A DNA stretch of 46,166 nt, taken from positions 1,517,587 to 1,563,752 of the forward strand of contig NW_008246068.1 of NCBI RefSeq assembly GCF_000281045.1, written 5' to 3'. Below the pieces are notes generated by a model. It had not been told where the DNA came from, ran no database searches, and worked only from the letters and a program-made list of their open reading frames with translations. Positions 36,232 through 46,166 of this stretch are shown here, piece by piece. Source of the DNA: Saprolegnia diclina VS20 (taxonomy: Eukaryota). A program made the position numbers and the translations under genes. Position 1 is the stretch's first letter, and each line of letters starts with the position of its first letter.

Positions 36232-37868
36232 ATGGCCGCCCACAACAACAAGTATCAGTCAGCGGGGGCCATGGAGACGACGAAGCTGGCCGAGCTACCG
36301 GCGCTGGCCGACGCGCCGCCCTCGGAGCGCATGAAGCTCTTCCGGCAGAAGCTGCGCCTCTGCTGCGTCGTGTATGACTTCAGCGACCCGAGGAAACAAG
36401 TCCGCGAAAAGGACGCCAAGCGGCTCGCGCTCCTCGAGCTCGTCCAGCTCCTCTCCGATGGCAAGGTCGCGTGGAGCCCGCAGGTCGTCGAGGACCTCAT
36501 GACTTGCGTCGAGGCCAACATCAACCGACCGCTCGGCGGCAAGCGCATTGTGAAGGCTGCGGGCAAGGACAAGATCGAAGGTACACGCGACGGCGTGGCG
36601 GCGTAATCTTGACACGCCCGCGGTAGGCGTCGACGAAGATGAGCCCGTGCTCGAAGAAGCATGGCCACACCTTCAGCTCGTGTACGAGCTGCTGTACCGC
36701 TTTGTGCTTGCCAAAGTCGACCCGAAGACCGCCAAGGACTACTTCTCGAAGCGCTTCATGCTGCAACTGCTCAACCTCTTCGACTCGGAGGACCCTCGCG
36801 AGCGCGACTACCTCAAGGTACACCACGAAGACAACGGCAAGTTGCTTGAACCAGCGTATAGACCATCCTGCACCGGATTTACGGCAACTTTATGGCGCTT
36901 CGGTCCTTCATCCGCCGGTCCATCAACAACGTCTTCTTCACATTCATCTACGAGACGGGCCATTTCAACGGGGTCGTCGAGCTCCTCCAGATCCTCGGCA
37001 GCATCATCAACGGCTTTGCACTGCCGCTCAAGACGGAGCACCAAAAGTTCCTGGAGAAGGCTCTGATTCCGCTCCACAAGGTTGGCATCTCGCGCTACAT
37101 CAGTTGCTCATGGGGCGATGTAGGCGTCGAACGTTGGACAGTACCATCAGGAGCTTGCGTACTGTACCGCGCAGTTTGTCGAGAAGGACCCAACAACCGC
37201 GACGTCCATCATCCTGGGGCTCTTGCGGTTCTGGCCCGTCACGGCGAGCGCCAAGGAGGTACTGCGCCCTTATTCATGTTCGGCTGCTACAAGTCCCACT
37301 AGATTCTCTTCCTGAACGAGCTCGAAGAGATCATCGAGTTAATACAACCCGAACAGTTTGCCCAAGTCGGACCTTACCCACGGAACTTGACTCATGGTCG
37401 ATGTGAATAGGTCATGCGGCCGCTCTTCCTTCAGATTGGTCGGTCCATCACGAGCCCGCACTTTCAGGTGTCGCAGCGCGCCTTGTATCTCTGGAACAAC
37501 GAGTCGCTCGTGAACCTCGTCGCCGTGCACCGCGTGGAGATCCTGCCCATGATCTTTGGGTCTCTGTACCACAACTGCGACAACCACTGGCACACGTACG
37601 TCCATGTTTTGTCAGATATGGACTCCAACCCTGTTGTAGAACGGTGCAGAGCCTCACGTTCAACGTCCTCAAGCTCTTCATGGAGATGGACTCGCAGCTC
37701 TTTGACCAGTGCTCCGCGCAGCTCGTGGACCGTGAAAACAAGTACAGTCATCTCTCTGGAGCATCGTCGTGACGCCGGCGTAGGAAGCAGCAGGTGTGCG
37801 ATGACCGGCTGCGTCGGTGGCAGCAGCTCGAACAGCGCGTGCAGCCCTTCCGCCAGCAAGTGCGCTAA
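36232..37868 (+). CDS. PPP2R5: PP2A regulatory subunit B'/B56, multi-exon
   Basis: [71 protein letters not shown]. Confidence 0.95.
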
Positions 37869-37934
37869 ACGCCCTCGACTTTTTTCTAGTGGCTTCTTCA
37901 CTACTTCTTGCATTCTCAATCTCGGGTTCTTGTA

Positions 37935-38633
37935 TTACGTCGACGCTTTCATCATAAAGTTGGGGTCTCGTCGGTACTTGGCTTCGAAGCGCTCGATCCA
38001 GCGGTCGAGAAGGTTCGTCGGGATGACCATGAGCGATCGGTCCGTGCTCGTTGAAAACGACGACATGAAGTTGAAGAGGTCCACCGCGATCTTGTGGGCA
38101 AAGGCCTTGCGCTCCGTGAGGCCGCTGGCTTCGATGCCGAGGTTCTTGACGTTGTCGACGCTACGCATGGCAGACATGAGCCCTACTGCATCGACCAGCA
38201 GCAGCAGCGTGATGGTACATACGGCTCGATGGAGACGCCCACTTGGATGATGGGCTGGTTGGCCACGTCCGGGTGCGTCGGCCACGACGTGCGGAAGATC
38301 GCGCTGGGCTTCTCGGCAAAGACGCTGCCGAGGAGCTGCCAGTTCTGCAGGTGTGGCACCGCAAAGTACAGTACCGCTACATCCATACGTCAGGAGAGAA
38401 CAGCGAGGCGAGGCCGCGCACCAGCGTAGCCCGGCGGCACGGGCGAGTGCGGGAGGAGGAAGAACGTGATGTCGGTGACCTGCTCGGGGTATGGCACGTC
38501 GACGACAAACTGCGTCGGGCTGATCTCCCTACGCGCGCCGATCCACGTCAGCTCCGTATCCTTGTCCATATACAGCGTACGCAAAGTCCGTCACGACGGG
38601 CCGCCCCGCGATCACCATACCAAACTGCGCCAT
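37935..38633 (-). CDS. HIKESHI: Hikeshi/Opi10 (Hsp70 nuclear import carrier), multi-exon
   Basis: FGMVIAGRPVVTDF, TFFLLP, WQLLG...KPSAIF, GVSIEP, WIERFEAKYRRDPNF. Confidence 0.9.
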
Positions 38634-38686
38634 CGGGTCAATATGGATATGACCAACGTCCGGAGTCGGCCGGATACTCAGCCACA

Positions 38687-38701
38687 GCGTATCCGGATTC
38701 G
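38687..38701 (-). promoter_or_regulatory. Candidate cis-element CGAATCCGGATACGC (ATCCGGAT core) upstream of Hikeshi
   Basis: About 55 bp upstream of ATG 38633. An additional CCGGATAC lies at 38670-38677. Confidence 0.45.
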
Positions 38702-38809
38702 AGAGAATTCTGGACTTGGCTTTGGCAAGTTGAAGTTGTGTTGTGGTGACAGAGTCAAGGGGCAATAGACAGTTTACTGACCCTAGCTTTAGTGTACAGG
38801 CTTGTGACA

Positions 38810-40700
38810 TTAGGAATACTGCGGTGGGCGAGCTTCGACCATCATGAGAATGTCGTCCGACGTGTTGGACGACAGCATCGGCGACGGCCCGCTCTCAAGC
38901 AGCGTTTCTTGGAGCTGCGCGAACGACGGATGCTCCAGCGACCGGCGGTGGTGGTGCTTCCGAATGCACAGCACAGCGATGATGACAAGGCAGATACCAA
39001 CGAGGACGATGCCCACGACTATGACGTAGGTCCACCACGCCCAGAAGAAGCAGGGCTTGGTGCCAGGCCAGCCGCCACTTACGAGGCCTCCGCTGCGCGT
39101 CGCCGGTGCGAGGCAGTCGCACCACGAGCTGTCGCCTTGTACTGTGATCAGCTTGCTCGAATTGGCCTTGTTGGCGCAGTTGTCGGCAACTGCAAAGCCC
39201 ATGCGGGCGCCCGCTCGGTCGTGCACAGTGTAGAGTCCGTCCATAAAGACGTTGCCAAGCATCGAGCCCGAGCCTTCCGAGATGCCAAAGATGCGGCAGT
39301 TGGTTGTTGCAAAGCCGTTGGATGCCGCGAGGGGCCGCCAGTAGTATGTTGGCGGAATAGTCACGGTGATGTGCTCGTTCGTACTTGCCTCGAGCGCCAG
39401 CGAAATCGAGATTGGCGGCAAGTCCAGCAGCGGGGAAGTCAGGTCCGACGGGTCGCAGTAGCTCTCACAACATACGACGCTGTCGCTAAAGTAGCTCAGT
39501 GGAAAAGACGGGATCGCAGCGAGCGTCGCAGCGCGAATCTCGGCCACCAGCGCCGTATAGGCTTGCGTCGGCAAGACGAGGTTGCTCGTGCCCGAGTCCA
39601 CAATGGCCTGCGACAACGCATCGTGAGATGGACAAGATCCTCGCGACTCGTACTTTGGGCGTGTTAAGCACGGTGCACGGGAGGTTGAGGGCGCGATTCC
39701 CAAAACCAAGGCCAGTCACGACCACGACATACCACTTTTTCTACGCAATCGTCTTTTGGTTTTGAAGGATATGCAATCCAGTACGAACAACAACGAGCGG
39801 CGAGTAATAGATAGGACCGCGGTAGAGCTGTATATTGGACGCTTGGACGCCGCCGAGCACTATCGAGTCCCGTTGCGACACTTTTCGATTGGTGATGACG
39901 CTGTACCGAGTTGACCCGCCGTCGCGATCGGCAGATACCCGTGGACGTGCGGCTGCAGAACACCGCAGAGCTGGAGACCAAACACGTCGGCGACAATGTT
40001 GCTCTGGACCATGGATTCAAAGACCGTCGGTGTGCTCATGGGCTACAGCACGCATGGTGTCGCGTCCTCATGATCACAAGTACCTCGGCGATCGAGCTAA
40101 AGGCCAAGCCCAAGATACCGTCAAAGGCGCCGTCAAAAAAGTTGTTTTGCGACGAGATCGCAGTGAACGGAATATTGGCCAGCGCCGAAATATTGCTCGA
40201 CGAGATCGTGTCTTGGACCAAATTGCCTCTAGCACCGCATATATAGGATAAACCACGATCTGGCACCGTCGTACCTCCAGGAGCCGACGACGTAGCTGAC
40301 GGCTACGGCGTCACTCTTTGCATACGCCTGGCAGGTGCTTGAAGCAGCGCAGTTGAAGAGGTGCAGGTTGAGACCATTGCAGCAGCTCGCTGACGCCACC
40401 GCCAAATTGGACGAGCCCGTGTCGATGAGCAACTTGAATGTGTTCTAGGGGACGCTGATAGTGTAGACGTAACGGCGTCGAGGCGTACATTGGCCGACGC
40501 CCTGGGTGCTGCATTCCAGTACGTTGGCTGGCCGATCGTGAGGCGCATGTAGTAGGCTAGAACTCGGTTACCCACAGTAGAAGACTGCACTTACATATGC
40601 CAGACGAGACGCCATAGATGTTTTCTTGGTAGACGTCCGTGGCGCGGGCGTAGGCCATTGCGAGCAGCACGAGCCAGCCGCCATGATATCGCCGCAGCAT
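38810..40700 (-). CDS. Membrane-anchored pepsin-family (A1) aspartic protease, BACE/memapsin-like, multi-exon
   Basis: Signal peptide. Catalytic motifs LLIDTGSSNLAV and AIVDSGTSNLVLP. Flap VSYVVGSW, DGILGLAFSSIA, MLGNVFMDGLYTVHDR...MGFA. C-terminal TM and cytosolic tail. Confidence 0.9.
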
Positions 40701-40970
40701 CGTGTCAGGTGTCGTATCGGTTACACAGTGGCAGTGTTTTAAACTATAGGAAACTGTTTCTATGCCCATGTTTCAGACCGCCTTGTTGATGGCGCTCGGG
40801 CATTGGGCATGCTCCGGGCTATGCGTTGTTGCATACTAGTACGCTTCAGTTGGCTTTGAAATAAGCTCGAACTTGCGTATTTCGATGAACGCGTTCGCCT
40901 TACAGGATACGGAACACAGTATGAACAAAAAGGTTTTAAACAAATCGTGGGTGCTTCACGTTAGGAATAG

Positions 40971-41126
40971 CCAATGGCCACACGTTCTCTGCTAGTTTCA
41001 AACTACTTTTGACCAATAGGCGAGCATAGGCAAGCACCCAATCCAGAGCATCGAGCTCAAAAGTTATAGCCAATCACCGGCGCTCCTGCCAGGCGAATCT
41101 CGGCAATATTTTTCTTCGTTCATTTC
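40971..41126 (+). promoter_or_regulatory. Cluster of four CCAAT boxes plus an Inr-like TTCATTTC in the divergent protease/GT31 intergenic region
   Basis: CCAAT at 40971, 41013, 41038 and 41070, all on the + strand. TTCATTTC near 41119. Confidence 0.55.
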
Positions 41127-41232
41127 AATACTAAATGCTGGTCAAGATTAAGCATCTGAGTTCTATTTCACTCTGGCGTGGCCAGCCGGTCTTGTGACAG
41201 CGGCAAAGACCGACGAGCGTCGCAACACGACG

Positions 41233-42458
41233 ATGGCGATGCACCGGACCTGCTGCATGCTGCTAGCATGGATGGCGCTAGCGCTAGCGCTCACCAAGGA
41301 AGAGCTCTGCGCGGTGGACATTGACTACTCGCAGCGCATGCTGCGGCTTGTGGAAGTGGCGCCCGAGGCCGCGGCGCCGCGTGTGCTCTGCTTCGTCAAT
41401 ACAATCTCGGTGCACCACGACTCGCGCGTCAAGGCCGTTCGCGTATGCTGCTGATTGATCTCTGCCCGTAGCGCTCATCTGTGCACGCGTAGGACACGTG
41501 GGGGCAGCGGTGCACGAAGCTGCTCTTCTTTAGCAACGCGACCGACCCGGCGCACGACGACATTGTCGAGCTCGACGTGCCCGCCGACCACAACCACTTG
41601 TGGCAGAAGCACAAGGCGACGCTCGCCTACATTTGGAAAACGTATCGGCATGACTTTGACTGGTTCTACAAGGCCGACGACGACGCTTACGTGGTGTACG
41701 AGAACCTGCTGGCGTATTTGCGCCAGCCGCAGGTCGTCATGGAGATGGATCTCAAGCCGCTGCAGTTTGGCCACCGGTACAGCTTGACAAGCGACCTCAT
41801 CGACTACTACATCGTCAACAAGAAGCTCCTGAACGAGTACAAGAAGCGCACGCACCGCTGGGTCTTCAACTCGGGTGGCCCGGGGTACGCACCGCAACAG
41901 AAGCACGCTCCTAACCTTAACATCTTTGTAGCTACGCCATGAACAAGCTCTACGTGCAAAAGGTCGTCGAGTCCATGCACGACGAGACGTGCCTGTCGGA
42001 CAAGTACTGCGAGATGCTGCCGGACGACGCTGCCATCTCATTTTGCATGGTTTTCCACGACACGCATCCGCCCAACACTCGGGATTTGTATGGCCGCGAG
42101 CGCTGGCACGCCGACAAGCCCCGCGGTAGAGTTGTAGAAGTGATGTTTGTAGTTACCAATCGGACTAGGCATCTACTACACGGACCCCAACCAACCCGAC
42201 TACTGGATCGTGCAGTACCATCGCGACATTGGCGGCCTCCAGTGGAAAGACGACTGCTGCTCGTCCGAAAGCGTCGCGTTCCATTATATCCTGCCCGAGC
42301 TCATGTACCACATCGAGCGCCAGCTGTACTACTGCCGCAGCAGCGCGCCGGACCTGGAGAGCTTCAACGCTGCGACCGGACTCCACGTCTCGGAGCAGAT
42401 CCTTTTGCCAACCGAGCTCGCTGTCGACTATGGTCCATTCCCTGTTGACGATCTTTAA
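41233..42458 (+). CDS. C1GALT1: Core 1 beta-1,3-galactosyltransferase-like (GT31/Fringe-like), multi-exon
   Basis: N-terminal signal/anchor. RVLCFV, TWGQRC, LWQK, FDWFYKADDDAYVVYENL, SGGPGYAM, CCSSESVAFHY. Confidence 0.85.
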
Positions 42459-43326
42459 GCGCTCCCACTGTTGAACACAGACAATATGTCGTCAGCAAAG
42501 TTAGATTGAGTGTGACGTGGTGCGGACAAGTACGAGGCTGACGTTAGCGTAGATACTCATAAGTCTTCAATGACAAGGTCACTGAAGACGTGAGAATAAC
42601 CTCGTAGTGGACGTGCCGACGAGATGGTGCGCGCTTTGGAGCCATTTGTATGTTCGTAGGCTCGTCACATATTGTAAGGCTTCTTAGTCTACAAGCGATG
42701 CATAGGCGTCCGTTTCCAGCGCAAAGACATGGACCTGAATCTGCATTCAGTATCTGCATTCACCTGTCAAGACTTTGTGGGTCAAGTTGGTCGTTTTGAG
42801 ATGTGTGCAAGCGTGCGGTCGAGAGTACCTTTATATGAAGAGATGAAGCACTGGACAGTTGGAGTGCGTCGACTAACGCTTAGATTGGACATTTGACTTC
42901 GGCGCCCGACACCGAGAATCGAGAAGTCGACAAACAACGAAAAGACAAAAATGGGATACATGAAAGAATTGAATCATCTCTATTCGGCACCACGTATTCC
43001 TCTCATTCCACTAGCCGATGGCAAACCTTTGGCGAAACATGCATTCGACTCGCAAGCTAACGCCTGCCACGTACTCGGTTCTGGTGCTGCCACGTCATGT
43101 TCTTTGTTACTGAACTGATGCTGGGCAGATTCTTGCGCGGTCGTCGTGGCATATGCCACATTGAAGCATCTCAGTTCTGAGTGAGGTTGCGATCTCAGAG
43201 TGGACCGCTGCTGGAATAATCGATGGCCTAATAGTAATATTGAATAAATTATGTACCGACAGCGGACTGCGATCGCCCGGTCTCCTACAACGATGTAATA
43301 CCTATACTACGACGAGTGCGAGCGTT

Positions 43327-43881
43327 CTACTTTTTGGCCTTGCCGCCGTGGGCCCAGCAGTAGCCGCCCGTCTTGGGGCCTTTTGTGCACCCTTGCTTGA
43401 GGCACATACGCTTCCCGCCGTGGCTCCAGCAGACGCCGTACTTGCGCGACGCGTTGTGGCAGCCAAGCACCGTGCAGCGTTTCCCGCCGCCGTGACTAAT
43501 GCAGTGGCCCATGCTGACCGCGTGCTTTGCGCACCCGTCTTTGGCGCAGCGGATGCCACCACCATGGGCAATACAGACGCCGCCGGCCTTGGCCCGCTTG
43601 GCGCAACCGTGAACGGAGCAGAGCTTGATGCCTACGTCATTGCGCTTGACGGGCTTGGTGTACGGCGAGTGCGTTGGCGTCAGCAGGGTTTCGCGAAGAG
43701 GTGGCAGTCGCGGTGAGCTCACGCGGGGCGAGGATGCTGTGTGGTTCCGAAAGACGACGTCAAAGGCAGGGAGGAGGCGCGGGGAGGCGACGCACTCCAT
43801 GACGCTCATCGGGCTCGGGAGGCTCGGGTGGTCGTGGAGGCGGCTGTACGTCAGTGTCATGAGCATGCTTGGGCGCTGCAT
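43327..43881 (-). CDS. Protein with four C-x4-C-x-K...C-x2-HGG repeats (WRKY19-like putative zinc-finger repeats)
   Basis: CSVHGCAKRAKAGGVCIAHGGG, CAKDGCAKHAVSMGHCISHGGG, CTVLGCHNASRKYGVCWSHGG, CLKQGCTKGPKTGGYCWAHGG. Start assigned to MQRPSML. Confidence 0.85.
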   Translation of the reverse strand: MQRPSMLMTLTYSRLHDHPSLPSPMSVMECVASPRLLPAFDVVFRNHTASSPRVSSPRLPPLRETLLTPTHSPYTKPVKRNDVGIKLCSVHGCAKRAKAGGVCIAHGGGIRCAKDGCAKHAVSMGHCISHGGGKRCTVLGCHNASRKYGVCWSHGGKRMCLKQGCTKGPKTGGYCWAHGGKAKK

Positions 43882-44989
43882 GGTGAAATCCAATCTGACG
43901 GACGAACGCCACGCGGGTCGAAATTCTCGTCCCGATTGCATGTATCGGTTCTCTGCTTGGAGCGTTTTTATTTTATTGTTTTGTTTATTCTATGGTCACG
44001 CGGATCAACTTTAAAATTACGTGGGAGCATCACTGCAATCCCCACGGATCGCGACATGCACCAATCGGCGGTCGCAACGTTGCCGCCGCACCAATCCCAA
44101 GCCGCGGAGAAGCACCACTTCAACTGCGCGAATCCAAGCACCAAAGATCGCGTTTCCCAGGTGCTTCTCGCCACTGTCTCAATTGAAGCGAGCTTTCTCG
44201 ACCTCGTCGGCTGCCATGGCTCGAACGGGCCACGAGAGGAAATTCGATGCAAGTACAAGTATCTATCTGTCTGGTTTCGCCCAGAGGCTTCGAGTAGCTC
44301 GCAGCTGTGGGAGTGTGTCCTAGGCGACAGTTGCGAAAGGAATCCTGAAATTTGGTGTTTGGATTCGAAAGCCAACTGTGAGAAAGACAACCTGCTTTGC
44401 CGTCGTTACCAGCGCAAGGCCATCGCATGCGCCGAGAGATATACGGCCGACGAAATGACGCGCAGGAAACTGTAGATCTAAGCATTCCTCCCTTCTTCGA
44501 TGGTCGCAAAAAGCGAATGTTCAACTTTTTCTCGATGCAGAAGCCCGAATCATGTTCTCGGGGCTTCGAATCATCCCGACCAAGCAAGCCGAGGGCAACT
44601 TCAAGGTCGGCTGGCTCCACGCGCGCACTACCGGTACGAGCGAGGTAGACCAAGGATCTCAATTCCTAGACAACGCTCTCCTCCTGCGTCCACGACATGA
44701 AATCGATCGATCACTCGTATGCTCTAGCGGTGGCTTCGGTCGGTCCTTGACCACAGTGCGTCAGGAGTGCCTTCACCAGATCTGGCAAATGCAACTGGAT
44801 CGACGCTTCGTCACAGCGTTAAATAACCAAAGCCCACAAAGCGCGTGAAGACATGGGCTAGTATTTTTCTCCAACGTGATTGCTTGTCTGCACCGATGCC
44901 CCGTCGGAAGAGTTCGCCTCTCGACAGCGCTCAAATCACGATGCAAAATGATTGCCCTTGAAACCGCCACCGTTGGCCGTTGACGCGCC

Positions 44990-46027
44990 ATGCATTCGTG
45001 CGCCATCAGCTTGGCGCTCGCAGTACTCGACGCCATGCCACCAACGCACATGACACCGCAGCTACGGCGACAGCTCTCAGACGAAGCGCGTCGTCTCTTC
45101 CTCGAGGCCCACGAGTCCCCTCCGACAACGTCGTTGCCGCGCGCGTTTCAGGACATGCGCTGCCACCTCCTCATCGAAGGCCAAGCGTCGCGGCACTTGC
45201 TCGTGCAGCTCGTGGCGTCTGGGAACAGCTACATGTTTCGACACCACCTCGAAGCCATTGGCGCCGACCTACTCCTGCTCATGCACCACGGCGTTGCGAC
45301 CAAGTGGATCACGTATGCGACCGGCGACCACGAGGCTTTGCACGTCTTCTTATCCGAGCTCGCGCGTCACGACCCACAGAGCTTACTTGCGGATGTGCAG
45401 CAGTTTCTCGACACGATCGCGTCCCTCGATGTCCTCGAAATCGTCGCCGCGAGTGCAAGTGCCGAGCTCCAAGCGACGACTCCAACGCGCATCTATCGCG
45501 CGACAACGCCGACGACCGCGTACATGTTTACATGCGACGCGGCAACGGGCGTCCCGATCTCCATCGACGCGGGCGCCGACACGCGCATTCTTGTGACCTA
45601 CTACAACCGTCTCGGTGGCGTCGTCGTGCTCCAGCCACCGCGTGGCGTGCCGTCCGACTTGGAGCACATGATGGCGTCGGCTCTCGACGCCTTCCACGCG
45701 ACGTGGTCGCCGATTGGACAGCGAGAGGCGCAGGATATTGTCGACGAGGTAGACCACGACCGTGACGGCTTCATCGGCCGCCACGACGTCATTGACCAGC
45801 TCTGCGAAGCGTCGTACGGCCTCGAGACAGCTCGGAAAACCGCGTCGGAGATGACGCGGCTTCTCTGCGGCGGAAACCCCTCGGAAGAAGTCGGCTACGA
45901 TGCCTTTCTAGCGTTTTGGCTCGTCATGCTGGCCGACGGGACCCGTACTATTGACGACGAGGCTTCCATGCTTGAAGCATTACATCAGCTCTTTCATGGT
46001 CCCCAGCACCGCGTCATGCGTGTGTAG
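44990..46027 (+). CDS. EF-hand-containing protein of unknown function (upstream exons possible)
   Basis: 345 aa ORF with EF loop DHDRDGFIGRHD flanked by helices and a degenerate second loop (GGNPSEEVGYDAF). Confidence 0.65.
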   Translation: MHSCAISLALAVLDAMPPTHMTPQLRRQLSDEARRLFLEAHESPPTTSLPRAFQDMRCHLLIEGQASRHLLVQLVASGNSYMFRHHLEAIGADLLLLMHHGVATKWITYATGDHEALHVFLSELARHDPQSLLADVQQFLDTIASLDVLEIVAASASAELQATTPTRIYRATTPTTAYMFTCDAATGVPISIDAGADTRILVTYYNRLGGVVVLQPPRGVPSDLEHMMASALDAFHATWSPIGQREAQDIVDEVDHDRDGFIGRHDVIDQLCEASYGLETARKTASEMTRLLCGGNPSEEVGYDAFLAFWLVMLADGTRTIDDEASMLEALHQLFHGPQHRVMRV

Positions 46028-46166
46028 ATCTCTCACTATAATGCGCTAGTGCTCATATCTAGCTGTCCATTGCATCCCACCCAACATCCACGGGCAGAGT
46101 GTAGCAATCATATCACTTTCTTGCCGAAATACCTGCAAGGATCGCAGCCAAATTTCTTTTGAGCCG

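Noticed and set aside
1..46166. Operon-like functional cluster, biosynthetic gene cluster, transposon or horizontally acquired island
   Set aside because: Genes are functionally heterogeneous housekeeping types with uniform intron style. No transposase, reverse transcriptase, terminal repeats or clear compositional break was seen.

Overview
Eukaryotic, gene-dense, GC-rich genomic window with many very short (about 40-55 nt) GT-AG introns and Inr-like (TCATTY) and CCAAT promoter elements. This architecture is most consistent with an oomycete, probably Saprolegniales (inference). About 20 protein-coding genes were reconstructed by hand-splicing: a membrane-anchored tandem-saposin/poly-His protein, an FHA-IQ-Sfi1-like coiled-coil protein, BRE1, an LRRC43-like LRR protein, D-cysteine desulfhydrase, RWDD2-like, FAM133-like, an SLC35F transporter, a Slo/BK-type K+ channel, a divergent RhoGAP, a CKK-domain protein, SCFD2/MIP3-like, LDAH, a P5A-ATPase, PP2A B56, Hikeshi/Opi10, a BACE-like aspartic protease, a C1GALT1-like GT31, a C-x4-C...C-x2-HGG repeat protein and an EF-hand protein. 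No RNA gene, CRISPR array or mobile element could be supported. The most notable observations are the saposin/His-Cys/acidic membrane protein, a palindromic ATCCGGAT motif recurring in non-coding upstream regions of unrelated genes, a spliced FHA domain lacking its phospho-binding residues, a P5A-ATPase lacking the arm insertion, a Slo channel lacking the Ca2+ bowl, and candidate GC-AG introns. Multi-exon gene boundaries are manual estimates.
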